In this document: one piece after another, positions 1 through 29,190 of the stretch
Layout: each line of letters begins with the position of its first letter
Position numbering within the stretch: the first letter of the stretch is position 1
Source of the DNA: the human T2T-CHM13v2.0 reference genome, Homo sapiens
Length of the DNA stretch: 64,000 nt
Strand: one strand, 5' to 3'
Assembly: GCF_009914755.1 (NCBI RefSeq)
Contig: NC_060931.1
Position numbers and translations under genes: made by a program
The notes under the pieces: generated by a model
Seen by the model: only the letters and a program-made list of their open reading frames with translations
The model's database searches: none
What the model was told of the DNA's origin: nothing

Positions 1-329
1 GCTAAGAACGTACGTTTTAAGTATTACCACAAGAAAATGATATGCGAGGCAAAGGATTTGTTATTAACTTCATTTAGATATTCCACAATGTATGTATATT
101 TCAAATCATGTTGTACACTATAAATATAGACAATTTTATTTGTCAATTACAAATAAATGAATAGCCAGTGGCATGCACCTACAGTCCCAGCTACATGGGA
201 GGCTGAGGCAAAAAGATTCCTTGGCCCCAGGAGTTTGAGGCTGGAGGGCACAGTGGCTGCACCTGTAAATGGCCACAGTAGTCTAGCCTGGGCAACATAG
301 CAAGACCCTGTCTCAAAAGACAAAACCCA

Positions 330-425
330 GGGCAAGGGTTGGACAGGGCACTTGAATCTCTCAAGTCACCCACTTGGCCCTCTTCCAAGTGTACTTCCTT
401 TCATTCCTTCTCTAAAACTTTAAAA
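330..425 (+). mobile_element. Short LTR9-like fragment between two Alus
   Basis: Clearly similar to 14190-14275 (CTCTCAAGTCACC...CCCTCTTCCAAGTGTACTT). Confidence 0.65.
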
Positions 426-853
426 AAACTTGGCCAGGCGCGGTGGCTCACGCCTGTAATCCCAGCTCTTTGGGAGGCCGAGGCGGATGGATCACCTGAG
501 GTCGAGAGTTCAAGACCAGCCTGGCCAAGATGGTGAAACCCCATCTCTACTAAAAATACAAAAAATTAGCCGGGTGTGGTGGCAGGTGCCTGTAATTCCA
601 GCTACTCAGGAGGCTGAGGCAGAGAACTGCTTGAACCCGGGAGGCAGAGGTTGCAGTGAGCCAAGATTGTGCCACTGGACTCCAGCCTGGGAAACAGAGC
701 AAGACTTGTCTCAAAAAAAAAAAAAAATTCTTTTTTAAAAATAAAGACTATCCTGAAGAATTATCTTTAAAGTGCTAAGAGAAAATAAGAATGAACTTAG
801 AATTATTTATTTAACTAAATTATTACTGAACAGCAAAGGTAAAAATTAGATTA

Positions 854-1539
<686 letters not shown>

Positions 1540-2857
1540 TAGTAGACACAGGGTTTCACCATGTTGGCCAGGCTGATCTCGAACTCCTGACCTCAAGTGA
1601 TCTGCCTGCCTTGGCCTCCCAAAATGCTGGGATTACAGGCATGAGCCACTGCACCCGGCCAAATATGACTTTATACTGTCTTTTATAGTTATATAATTGT
1701 CTTTATTGATTTTTTTTGTTTGTTTTTTATGTGATTTACTGTCTGGGGTCACTTGCTTTCAGCCTGAAGAACTTTCTTTAGTATTTCTTATAAGGAAGGC
1801 CTGCAAACAACTAATTATCCCAGTTTTTTGTTTATTTGGGAATGTCTTTATTTTGCTTTCGTTTTCAAACAATAGCTTTGCTGGATAAAGGATTCTTGGT
1901 TGACAGATTTTTTTTTTTTTTCCCTAGAGCATTTTGAATATTTTTTATCTATCTCAGTGCCTTTTGGCCTTCATTCTTTTTGTTTATTTGTTTGTTTGTT
2001 TGTTTGTGACAGAGTCTCACTCTGTCACCCAGGCCTGAGTACAGTGGCATAATCATGGCTCACTGCAGCCTAGAACTTCTGGGTTCAAGCAATCCTCCGC
2101 TTCAGCCTCTTGAGTAGCTAGAACTACAGACATGTGCTACCAGCCAATTTTTTTATTTTTCTTTTGTAGATATACAATCTTGCTATGTTGACCAAGCTGA
2201 TTTTGAACTTCTGGCCTCAAGCAATCCTCCCACCTCAGCCTCCCAAAGTGCTGAGATTATAGGCATGAGCCACGATACCTGGCCTAGCTGTCATTCCTGA
2301 GGTTCCCTTATAGGTGATGAGTTGTTTTCCTCTTCCTGTTTTCAAGATTTTCTCTTTGGCTTTGGCTTTCAATATTTTCACTACGACATGCCTATTTGTG
2401 GATCTCTTTATCCTATTTGGAGTTTGTTGAGCTTCCTAAAGACGTAAATTAATGTTTTTCAATAGATTTTGGTGGTTTTCAGCCATTCTTGCTTTAAATA
2501 TTTTGTTTTGTTCCTTCCTCCCTCTCCTCTCTTTCTGGTACTGCCATTGTGTTCAATGATGTCCCACATTTCTCTGAGGCTTTGTTCATTTCTCTTCACA
2601 CTTTTAAAAAATCTCTGTTCTTCAGACTGCATAATCTTTATTAAGCTATCTTCAAGTTTACTAATTGTTTCTTCTGCCAGTTTAAATCTACTGCTGTACT
2701 TCTAGTGTATTTTTCAGTTTAGTTGTTGTATTTCCAATTCTAGTATTTCCATTTGTTTTTTTTTATAATTTCTATCTCATTATTGATATTCTGTACTTGA
2801 TGCAACTTTGTCATCATACGTTCCCTTAATTCTTTAATCATGGTTTTCTTTAGTTCT

Positions 2858-3597
<740 letters not shown>

Positions 3598-3841
3598 GTT
3601 CTTTTAACACATTTTTAACAGCTTTTTTGAGGTCTTTGTTAAATCTGACATCTGATCACTCTCACAGGCAGTTTCTGTTACCTGCTTTTTTCCTGGTGTA
3701 TGGGTCATACTCATCTGTTTTTTTGCATGTCTCATATATTTTTGTTGGAAACTAAACACTTTAGATAATATAGTGTAGCAACACAGTACTGATCATCCAC
3801 TTCCAGGGGTTATTTTTGTTACTTGCTTATTTGTTTAATGA

Positions 3842-4168
<327 letters not shown>

Positions 4169-4357
4169 TAGTCTATTCCACCCTCTTCCTCTCCTAAGCA
4201 TGTGGCCTCTGATGTTGCTTCTTAGGGGATGCAGCCTTGGATATGCCCCAGTCGCCCTGAGATGACAGTGGTCTGGGAAGGTCTCTATTTGACCATCTTT
4301 TTCCCTGACCACACCCAGTTGTTAAGCTCTACTAATTGTTAGTTGATTGCTCTATTG

Positions 4358-4397
<40 letters not shown>

Positions 4398-4864
4398 TAA
4401 ATAAAACCTATACCTGATAGAGCTCTATTGTTCTCAACATTCCCCTGGGACATAAATTGTCCCAATCAGACTAATCCAATAAAATTCAGGCTCATTTTTA
4501 AAGAAATAAGTCCCAAGGTCAGTGTTTGAGATTTGTTCTGACCCCAGAAGGACACCTCTCAGTGGTCTCCGTCCCTGGCTGTTTCCAGAAAACTAGCCAG
4601 CCTAAAGTTTAGCCTACCTCTCCAATGAATCTACCAATCTCTTTCCAATTATCTTTCACCACAACCTCTACTGTTTTTGAGAGCACCCTTAGGCTTCAAC
4701 CTTTCTACATTCAGTTGCCAATGAAGTCAGTTCCTTTGGGAAGAGACTTGGAAATCTCTGTGCTACAGCCCACCTCACTTTCTGGGCAAAATCTCTGTGC
4801 CATTGCTGTATAGCTGGGGGATGGGACAATCTATGCTTCTCTCTGAATGACACTCCTGCTTTAG

Positions 4865-5143
<279 letters not shown>

Positions 5144-5355
5144 TAGGCTGGTCTCGAACTCCCAACCTCAGGTGATCCGCCCGCCTCAGCCTCCCAAAGT
5201 GATGAGATTACAGGCGTGAACCACCACACCCAGCCAAGTGACTTCTGTCTTACAAGCCAGAACAAAGAGGCTGAGGACCCCAGTAGCCTCAGTGGTGCCA
5301 TGCCCACAGCAGAGTAGGGGCTGCGTGGAAGGTGGGAGACCTCACCTCTTGGGCA

Positions 5356-6047
5356 TGAAACTGCCTTTGCAAAATTATGACTGAGACAGTGAAAGAGATC
5401 TAACTTAATTGACTCCATCTTGCTTCTAACCTCCAAGCTGTCCTTGTTCATTCCTGGGCATAGGCTGAACTAACTTTGGGAGAAACTTAGTTTATAGTTT
5501 ATAGTTTAAAACAAAGACAGTAACAGCCCTTTCCCAAGGCAGACCTCCTTCTTGTCTGAGGACTAGATTGCCTTTATAGGACTAACATTAGCTATAAGAT
5601 GAGAAATTATGGTTTAGGAGTCATGCAGCTGGAGGCTACAAGATTCTGACCCCTCTCCAAACTGCTTCTAAGATCAGTGCTTGGGATATTCTGCAGACCC
5701 TGCACTTGATGGAGCAGCTGGTACCATCCAGTTCGATAAACTGGCTCATCTAATCTTGTGGCCTCCACTCAGGAACACACTCAGCACAAGAAGACAGCTC
5801 CAACTCTCCACGATTTCATCCCTGACCAATCAGCACTCCTGGCTCACTGGCTTCCCCCCACCCACCAGGTTGTCCTTAAAAACTCTGCTCCCTGAATGCT
5901 TGGGGAGACAGATTTGAGTAATTAATACAACTCCAGTCTCCCACACAGCTGGCTCTGCATGAATTACTCTTTCTCCATTGCAATTCCCCTGTCTCAGTAA
6001 ATTGGCTCTGTCTGCAGTGGGCAAGGTGAACCCCTTGGGCGGTTACA
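5356..6047 (+). mobile_element. Full-length solo LTR8 (ERV1)
   Basis: TGAAACTGCCTTTGCAAAATTATGACTGAG...GCGGTTACA, 692 bp, 4-bp TSD GGCA on both sides. Confidence 0.85.
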
Positions 6048-6444
6048 GGCATACTTGCCCAGAACAATGTTTCACCGACCAGTAGCTGGGGACAAGGTGA
6101 GAAATTCTGATTTCCTGCCCCTCCTGGGAGGAAATCTTTCCTACTGGGAGCAGGAGGGAGGGGACCTTTAGTGTGGAATGGAATTTCCATCTATTTGAGC
6201 TCAGGGGGTGGGGAGTGGGTCTTAATTTCAATACCACAGACTCTCACTGTTCTCATTAAATTTGAGTAGATTTGTTGAATAAATGTTTATTCATCTTTTG
6301 AAATGCCTTTAGGACCATTTCCAAAGGGTGTTTGAGTGCTGTGGTGAGCTTTCCACCCCCGGTGGACAAGAAGCGTGAGGAAGAACTATTTCTTTGCTGT
6401 GTTAAGCCCCTTAGAGAGTTTTCGATACGACAGCAAATCTAGCT

Positions 6445-6978
<534 letters not shown>

Positions 6979-7174
6979 TAATAGTACAATAGTGTTTATT
7001 TCATAAAACAGTTACAAGTTATTGCATTAAGATCTGAAAAGCATTTAGAATAGTGTCTGGCACACAGGCAGTCTTAGTATTGTTAATATGTCCCAAGATT
7101 TTCTTAATGTAAAGATTCGCTCTGGTTTTTCAGATTTAATACTATCTGCCCTTTTACTGGAAGAGCCCAGATGA

Positions 7175-7566
<392 letters not shown>

Positions 7567-7591
7567 TAACCTTTCTTTTATTACTTTTTGA

Positions 7592-7906
<315 letters not shown>

Positions 7907-8229
7907 TGATCCACTCATCTTGGCCTCCCAAAGTGCTGGGATTACAGGCATGAGCCACTGCGCCCGACCTCTTACCTGCTTTTCTAAGTCAGCATGCTGG
8001 CCCCCGCAGAGCTGAAAGGAGCTCTGTCCTGTTTGCATACAGACACGGGGCCTTGCTACTATAGATCCCTCTCTTCCCATTGGGGCTGGACTAGGGGTTT
8101 TGCTTCTTGGGGAACCGACAGACCTAAGTCACGTTCCCAACATGATGCTAATGGGAAGCAAGCAGAAGGTAAACAACTGTCAAATGTCTACTTGTGAACA
8201 GATTGTATAAACAGAAATATAAAAACTGA

Positions 8230-8673
<444 letters not shown>

Positions 8674-8872
8674 TGATGTTCTCTAGAATGTAAGTGCCAG
8701 GTGTACAGGGACCTTGCCTGTCCTGTCCCCTGCTCTACCCCCAACCCAGGAATAACGCCTTTCCCATAAGAGGTCCTCCATGAATGCCTGTAGAATGAAT
8801 GAGAGAATTCCCAGTTTAGAACTGGATAAGAGGGGCCTGTCTGTGGGTTCTGTGCTCATCAAGTGTTGTTTG

Positions 8873-10200
<1,328 letters not shown>

Positions 10201-11011
10201 GTTACACAAAGGAAGCTCAGAGAAGAGTAACTCCTCCGAGGTCTCCTGGGGTGTGGTGTGGCCAGAACCACCGCTGAAGTCCAATTAAATGAATTACGTG
10301 CCTGCAGCCTCTGCCAGGACGAGAGCCTCTACCCTCAGCGCCCAGGGCATGGTGATGTTCTGCCAGGCAGAGGCCACTGCCCTGGAAGAGGGCCGGACTC
10401 CAGGACTCCAGAGAGGGTGGAGAGGGCACCTTGCCACCCGCTGGTTGGGCCGAGGCTGGACGCCCACACCCTGGACATTATGGGAGAGAGACGCTGGAGG
10501 CAGCTGTGTGACAGTCCTGAGCTTGGACACAAAAGGAATTTGGAGTTTTCCACTGTGATCTAGACCCTGGGTTGTGGTTGGAGAGACCCCAGTTCAAATT
10601 CCAGTGTGTAAAAACAGAGATAATAATAGCTGCTGCAAACACGTGTTGTGTGGATTGAATGAATGTGCTTATGAATGGCCCCTAGCAGGTCCTTCCCTAC
10701 CGGCCCTTCCCAGACCTGACCCGGGGCCTGATCCCTAGGAAGGTTGCATCCCTGCACCCCCAACCAGGAATGGATCCTTCAGAGAGAGGCTGGGACACGG
10801 GAGAACTGGGTGACCAGGGCAGAGTGTGATCATGCCCCAAATAGGTTGCTTTTCCACCCGGTCACTTTTTCCCACGGTTGTTGACCTAGAGACAGCTGGA
10901 AAACTGGCTGGCCCAAGGGGAAGGGATGGCAGGGAGGGCACAGAGGGACACCTTGACCCTGTCCTGCCTCCCACCTCCCAAGGCGCCAGTCTTCTGGTGG
11001 GGGCTGCATCA

Positions 11012-11452
<441 letters not shown>

Positions 11453-11550
11453 TCAGGAGGCTGAGGCAGGAGGATTGCTTGAGGCCAGGAGTTCAAGACC
11501 AGCCTGGGCAATATAGCAAGACTCTGTCTCTACAAAAAAATTAAAAATTA

Positions 11551-11730
<180 letters not shown>

Positions 11731-12210
11731 TTAAAAAAATTAAATGTAGCTCTGGCCCCAACCCCAGAGAGTCTATGTCTTGGGGGGCTCAAAGCAGGCC
11801 CTGGAGCCTTTATCATAAGGAGCCTCCCCAAATGACCCTGCTGCAGACCCCAGGCTACACCGGCAGAGGGGTCTCCTCCCAGCTCAACCCTGGTTCCAGG
11901 TCACCCTGAGCTCCTCCCTTCCCTTCCGCCTCAGTTTCACCTGCTGTCAGATCACAGAGGAGCGAATAGCGCACTCGGATGCTTTTTAGGGGCTTTCAAC
12001 TGAAGTCTCTCCGCCTCACAGTCCGCAACCGCTGCCGCCTCTGACTGTTTCTCCATCTTGACTTTGCCCAGGGATCTGTCCTGTCTCCTCTGCAGCTGGC
12101 CTGAGCCAGCCCAAGTCAGCCGTCTCTACCGGGCCCCTCTTCTCCAGCAGCTCAGTTTGGGAGGCAGCACCCGTCTTGGGAGACGCAGGGCAGGCAGTAA
12201 GCCTGGTGCT

Positions 12211-12425
12211 GGAGGAAGAGAAGGGGGAAGAAAAGGAGAAGGGGGAGGAGAAGGAGAAGGGGGAGGAGAAGGAGAAGGGGGAGGAGGAGGGGAGAGGGAG
12301 GAGGAGAAGGGGAGTGGGAGAGGGAGGAGGAGTAGGGGAAAGGGGAGGGGAAGAGTGAGGAGGAGGCGGGGGGAGGGGAGGGGGAGGGGGAAGAGGAGAA
12401 GGGGGAGGAGGAGAGAGGAGAAGAA
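12211..12425. repeat. G/A-rich low-complexity polypurine tract
   Basis: GGAGAAGGGGGAGGAGAA repeats and G-runs. Confidence 0.9.
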
Positions 12426-12746
12426 ACCTGGTCCAGATGGGCAAATGGGGCTTGACCAGCGGGTGGGGCCTTGTTGGGGGTGGGGGGCGGGTGCAGGGTT
12501 GGCTGGGCCATCTCTGCTCCACGCACAGCCATGTGCAGGATGCCATGTGGCTATTTTTACCCCTGCCAAGGAAATAGCCTGATTTATGTGAGGCATGGTC
12601 CCATTTGTTCGGGCCTGTGTTATAAATACACCTGGCCCCACACTCGTGTTCACTTGGACAGAGAACTCAGGTCCTGGCCTGCACAGCCTCTCTCTGGCCT
12701 CCCTCCCTGCCTCACCCTGCTATGCAGCCTTGTTGAGAAGGCCTTC

Positions 12747-14800
<2,054 letters not shown>

Positions 14801-14821
14801 TGAGTTTATCAGATGCATTCA

Positions 14822-15305
<484 letters not shown>

Positions 15306-15659
15306 CTACTGTTGGACATCACCCTCTCCTCTGAGGATCCCTGGTCCCTCCTCCGTGAAGTGGGGGCACAAGCAGCTGGAAACAGGTCCCCACCACTGCT
15401 CTGCCCCAGAAGGAAGACTGGGCTGCTTCCCATTGAGCTCCCGGGGCACTCAGTTCCTTTGCTCAATTCAATGCAGCATCCAGTCCAGAGAAGTGGGTCT
15501 TCCAACTTGGCTGACCAAAGGCCGGGAAAGGTCCCTCGTAGACACTCGAAGCTTCCAGGGGCCTCAGGGTTCATCTGATTGTACCCGTCAGCCACTGCCC
15601 CAGTGAGGCTGCCTAACACACCACCCCAAAACCCAGAAGTTTAAAACAAGCATTTATCA

Positions 15660-15986
<327 letters not shown>

Positions 15987-16299
15987 TTATCTCTCACTCA
16001 AGCTTCCAGGCTTGCTCCCAGCCACGGCTGGGTCCAGGACTGTGCCACGTGCCTCTCATTCTCCCCAGGGCCAGAGGGCTAAGGAGGGGCTGGGGTGTGT
16101 GCTTTCTGTGGCTAAAGGCAGGAGCCCCGGAGGACCAGCACCAAGCACAAGCCCACTGTAAATCTCTGCTCACCTTGTCAGTTACATCCCGTTGGCCAAA
16201 GCGATTCACCTGGCCAAGCCTAACAGGAATGAGTGGGGAGGTACGTTCCTCCTAGAGAGGGGAGTTTGTGGGAAAGGAGTGGTTGCTGCTGAGCAATAA

Positions 16300-17185
<886 letters not shown>

Positions 17186-17651
17186 TCACGATGACTCTTT
17201 TGCACTTCGAAGCCATGCCCTTCGCCTTGTCAGCCTGGAGAAGACTGCGATTTGCTACAGAGGGAACACAAAGAGAAAGAGACAATCATGGATTTCTGAC
17301 ATTCAAATGTATAATTTCGCCTCCTTGATAAAGAATGGACTTAATGCCAATATCTCCCACTTTTTTTCTTTTCCTTTTTAAATTCGTTCATAAAGACAGG
17401 GTCTCCTATGTTGCCCAGGCTGGTCTCAGACTCCTGGCCTCAAGCGATCCTCCTGCCTCAGCCTCCCAAAGTGCTAGGCTTACAGGCATGAGCCACTGTG
17501 CCTGGGCCGGTATCTCCCACTTTGACTCATGTCCAGGCTTCATGAACTGGAGTAGACCATAGGGTTTTCCATAGAGTTTATTTATTTATTTGTTTGTTTA
17601 TTTAGTCACTTTGTCACCCAGGCTAGAGTGCAGTGGCATGATCTTGGCTCA

Positions 17652-18046
<395 letters not shown>

Positions 18047-18103
18047 CTACCTCAGCCTCCCAAGTAGCTGGGACTACAGGCATGTACCTCCATGCCTGGC
18101 TAA

Positions 18104-18373
<270 letters not shown>

Positions 18374-18391
18374 CCATGGAGTTCATTATGA

Positions 18392-18832
<441 letters not shown>

Positions 18833-19096
18833 TAGCCAATTGTTCTCTTAAGAGGGGCAGGATTCTCTGGCCCTGCTGCCCTGGGGACCCATGGAGGAGA
18901 CCTTTGCAGGCTGCTGCACCATCGTGGGCTGAGAAGCATCAAAGCAGATGTGGGGCCAGCATGCTTACAGCGGGGACACCACTTCCCAACAGCCTGAAAA
19001 ACTCCCATTTCCCCTTAAAAACTCATCAGACCTGGCTGGGTGCGGTGGCTCACGCCTGTAATCCCAGCACTTTGGGAGGCTGAGTCAGGCGGATCA

Positions 19097-19492
<396 letters not shown>

Positions 19493-20088
19493 CTAGGCTG
19501 TGCCAGACATGGTGTGGGGCTGTGGGAGCCCCAGGTGGAGCCTCCGCAGTCTCCTTAGGGAGCCTCTGGGAAGAGGTTCTGGACAGAGAAGACCAAGGGG
19601 CTGTGGTGGTGTCAGGGCTGGGGAGGAGAGGGAAGGGCTGCACCAGGGAAGTGCCAACTCCTCTCCCTAGAACCTTCCACCGCCCACCCCTGGGCAGACA
19701 CAGTCCAGGCATCATTGCTGCAGCTGTAGGAAGGACCTGCTAGCTAAGCTCATCTCTCTGAGCACTGACTGGCAAGAGAGCCCCCTTCGTAGCTAGTGTT
19801 CCTCTGAAACAGCGATGCTATCAGAGGGCTGGCTTCAAGTCCCTGGGGCCTCACCCTTCCTGGGCACTTGCTGTTTCCCCGCCTCCTCTTTCTCTGTGTG
19901 TCCAGAGAGGAGGAACCCCTGCCTTGAGGACTGGCCCCTTGCACTGCAGGGAGAGGAGCAGGGCCCTGACACCAATGGTGGGCACCTGGTGTCTGGCCTC
20001 AGGGATCCACATGTTTTGAGAACAGATATGGTCCCAACTTCAGACTGAGCCCTGCTGTTCTAAGCATATCCACATGTGGCTGGGTTGA

Positions 20089-20865
<777 letters not shown>

Positions 20866-21197
20866 TGATCCTCCCGCCTTGGCCTCCCAAAGTGCTGGGA
20901 TTACAGGCGTGAGCCACCGCACCCGGCCAATCTCTTTTATCTTGTTTCCAAACCAAATCATACCTGAAGACAACTTCATTCTCTTGGACAAAAGAGCACC
21001 GACCTCTAGCTGATCCTAACTCACACCTCCCACCTTCTCCATGGCTCCTGCTTAGACACCAGGACACTCAAATCTGTGGATGCCTCGGGCCTTCCCCCAT
21101 CTGCCTTTCCTGAGACTTCCAGAACCCCCAGGTCAAATTGATCACCCTTACCCCCACCCCAACATAGCCCATTGGCATCATACATGCTTTGCTGTAG

Positions 21198-21841
<644 letters not shown>

Positions 21842-22175
21842 TCATCTCAAAAAAAAAAAAAAAAAAAAAAATTAAAGCCTTAGTTTACAGGCATATATTA
21901 TCATTGCAAAGGATGACTGCAAAAGAGAGTTCTCACTGTGACCAATCATGGGATCTTTAAAAGTTATCATTGATAAAACATGACAGAGTGGGAGGAAAGA
22001 AAAAGGAAAGGAGGCCGGGCGCAGTGGCTCACGCCTGTAACCCCAGCACTTTTGGAGGCCGAGGTGGGCGGGTCACTTGAGGTCAGGAATTCGAGACCAG
22101 CCTGACCGACATGGTGAAACCCCCTCTCTACTAAAAATACAAAAATTAGCTGGGCCTGGTGGCCAGTACCTGTAA

Positions 22176-22538
<363 letters not shown>

Positions 22539-22834
22539 TAAAAATGAAAAATTCAAATCCTCAAGGAATTTGAAGATCTCTCCAAATGCATTTTCACGTC
22601 CCTGTTTTGAGAGCCATCCCTGGGAAATCACCCCCGCCCACACACAGCAAGACCCCAGAGTCCAGGACCACCTCACTGTGTAACGTCCAGAACAGAGCAA
22701 GCACTTGGTAAATGCTAACGGGTGATTAAGTGAAGGAAGGAAAGATCTGGAGTACAAGCAGGGGATGAAGACACATGCAAAACATTGGTTCAGAAGGTGC
22801 CCCTTCCCACAGTGGAGTGGAGGAATCTCCAAGG

Positions 22835-23810
<976 letters not shown>

Positions 23811-24318
23811 CTACGGGATAGAGGACAGGGAGGTGGAAGAAAGAAAGGGAGAAGTGTGAGGGGCGTTTTGTCTGCCCTGAGCTCTCTCATACCCACAGCC
23901 CAGGGCAGGCAGGGCTGGGTTTGGAGGGTAGAATGGTCTGGGCAGAGGTCAGTCTGAAACTTCAGCCCTGGAGGGAGCTGGAGCTGGGGCTTTATCTTGC
24001 TCTCTTTCTTTATTTTAACTTATTCTTGTCTTTATTAGTTTTATAGAGATAGGGTCTCACTATGTTGCCCAGGCTGGTCTTGAACTCCTGGGCTCAGGAA
24101 ATCCTTTCACCTCGGCCTCCCAAAGTGCTGTGATTACAGGTATGAGCCACTGCACCCAGCTCTTTCCTCCTTTTAAAAACAAGAAACCTGGCCAGGCACG
24201 GTGGCTCATGCCTGTAACCTCAATACCTTGGGAAGCTGAGGCAGGCTGATCACTTGAGGCCAGGAGTTTGAGACCTGCCTGGCCAACATGGTGAAACCCT
24301 GTCTCTACTAAAAATTCA

Positions 24319-24597
<279 letters not shown>

Positions 24598-26096
24598 TCA
24601 CTCTCACTACCGACCTGGGAGAAGGCAATGGCCCATTTATGACACTGGAGGCGAGGGCCATGCACCCCCTAAGCAGGCAGCACCTCTGGAGCCATTCTGC
24701 AGCTGGAGGTTCATTTCCTTCCTGATGTCATAGTGCTCCAAGGTGGCACAGCCAGGACGGGAGCCTAGGGAATTGTCATCCACCCTGGAGCACTTTCCGT
24801 CTCTCAGCGGCTGTCCCAGCCCTGCACTCAGGCAATTCCTGCGGGAATCGGTGGCCCCTGGGCGTCCTGGATGGGGAACCACAGCCCCTGAGGCAGAGCG
24901 GCACAAACCCTCCAGTGGATCCCGTTCTCTTCTCCCAGGGATCAATGAAGCCCAGGGTGTGGGGGCTCAGCCTTGGTGTCCCGGCCCCTGTGGTCACACA
25001 GCAGCTATTGCTATGGGGTTGGGATGCAGGGAGGAAAAGCCCAGCGTCCCCCTTTCCACCCCAGGCCCCAACTTCTCTGTATTTGTTTATTTACCTTGGA
25101 AAAAGCCCCACAGCCCAGGCAGGAAATGGGCCAATTCCAGGAGGCCGGGCCGGGGAACAAGGAGCTACATTGTGCTCGGGCGGTGGCTCCCCACCCGGGC
25201 CTGCCAGGAGCCCAGAGGTGGGGGGGTCTGCATGGGGACCGGGCGGGAAGGAGGCGTGGGGCTGAGGGGCTGCCAGTACTCCCAACCAGCCAGCGTGTGA
25301 AAAGGCTTCTGTGCAGGGGGTGGGATGGGGGCTGTGGCTCCCCGTCCCACCTGGGAATGAACAGAGGCTGGGCAGTGGGGGAGGCAGACGCTGGGCTGGG
25401 GCTGGACCCCGGTCTTGACCCAGGGCCCACCTGGCACTGATCTGCCTGCCCAAGGCAGACCCTGGCCTGGGAACCCCATCTCCTTGGGCTGAGATCCCAC
25501 CCTGTGGCTGGAGAATGTTCCCGCCCTCGGCCTCCCTTCTGGGGTCTCAACTCCTGCCAGGCAGCTGGCCTGACCTCAGACTGCCCCTAGCCCAAGGCTG
25601 GGGGCTGGAGAGCCCTGTGGTCAGAGCCCTCCCCTCCATGCCCAAGCCCAGGCTGGCACTGGGGCTGATGTCATCATGGGGGCGGCTTGAGGAGGGCTGA
25701 GCTCTCCCTGACCCTAGACTCTTCTTTACTAACAGGCTAGTGTCCATATGGATGGATCATTCATTCACTCATTCGTTTATTTAATACACTCCCTGTCTGT
25801 TCGACGCACACTCCCCTTCTCTCCACTTCTGGCCCCGTTTCCTCTAATCCTTCATTCCTTGGTTCCCAGAGGGTTAAATGTAGATCGATATGTCACCTCT
25901 GGCTCCAAAGGTCTCTGAAGGGCCAGGTGTGGTGGCTCAAGTCTGTAATCCTAGCACTTTGGGAGACCGAGGTGGGTGGATCACCTGAGGTCAGGAGTTC
26001 GAGACCAGCCTGGCCAACAAGGTGAAACTCCGTCTCTACTAAAAACACAAAAATTAGCCGGACTTGGTGGTGGGAGCCTGTAATCCCAGCTACTCA

Positions 26097-26231
<135 letters not shown>

Positions 26232-26235
26232 TTAA

Positions 26236-26709
<474 letters not shown>

Positions 26710-26871
26710 TAGTAGAGATAGGGTTTTGCCATGTTGGCCAGGCTGGTCTTGAACTCCTGACCTCAAGTGATCTGCCCACCTTGGCCTCCCAACGTGTTGG
26801 GATTACAGGTGTGAGCCACTGTGCCCGGCCACATGGTTTCTTCCATGACAGCTCCCTCTCTGCTGAAATAG

Positions 26872-27174
<303 letters not shown>

Positions 27175-27464
27175 TAGTGGCGCAATCTTGGCTCACTGCA
27201 ATCCCAGGTTCAAGCAATTCTCCTGCCTCAGCCTCCTGAGTAGCTGGGATTACAGGCGTGAGCCACTGCACCCGGCCTTTATTTAAGGTTTCTCTCCTTA
27301 ACCATTACACCTGTAATCCCAGCCCTTTGGGAGGCCGAGGCGGGCAGATCACCTGAGTTCAGGTGTTGAAAACCAGCCAGGCCAACATGGTGACACCGCA
27401 TCTCTACTAAAAATACAAAAATTAGCCAGGCGTGGTGGCAGGCACCTGTAGTCCCAGCTACTCA

Positions 27465-27620
<156 letters not shown>

Positions 27621-28182
27621 CTAATTGACCCATTTGGTCCTAACATTGACCGTATTTTACAGCTACTATCATTTACAGATAAGGAAACTGGGCCAATGAG
27701 GAGGTGAGAAATCGCTCAAGGCTGCCAGGTACAGTGGCTCATCCCTGTAATCCCAGCACTTTGGGAGGCCAAGGGAGGAGGATTAATTGAGGCCAGGAGT
27801 TTGAGACCAGCCTAGGCAACATAATGAGACTCTGTCTCTACAAAAAATTTAAAAATTAGTGGGGTGTGGTGATGCATGTGTAGTCCCAGCTACTCCGGAG
27901 GCTGAGGTGGGAGGATCGCTTGATCCCAGGTGTCTGAGACAGTAGTGAGCTATGATTGCACCACTGCACTACAACCTCGGTGATGCAATGAGATGCTGTC
28001 TCAAAAAAAAACACACACACACACAAAACAACAAAAAAACAAATTGTTCAAGGCAAGCCTGGTGTGTCAAGCCCTTGTTCTGAGCACTTGGCTTATATTA
28101 TCTCCCTTAATCCTTCCCACCACCCCATGTGCTAGATACTGGGATTAATTTAGTTGAGCTGTAATACATCAATACTGTGTGA

Positions 28183-28425
<243 letters not shown>

Positions 28426-28459
28426 TAGAGATGGTGTTTTGCTAACTTGCCCACGCTGA

Positions 28460-28591
<132 letters not shown>

Positions 28592-28732
28592 TAAGGTATT
28601 AAAGATCCACTAGGTGAAAAAATAGAGTGAATGATACATATGCCATTTAAGGGAAGCACAGGAAAACTCCTATTTTGTTTATATGTGAATAGAGGCACAT
28701 AGATGCCTAGAAAAGTGTCTGGGAGGAAATGA

Positions 28733-29190
<458 letters not shown>

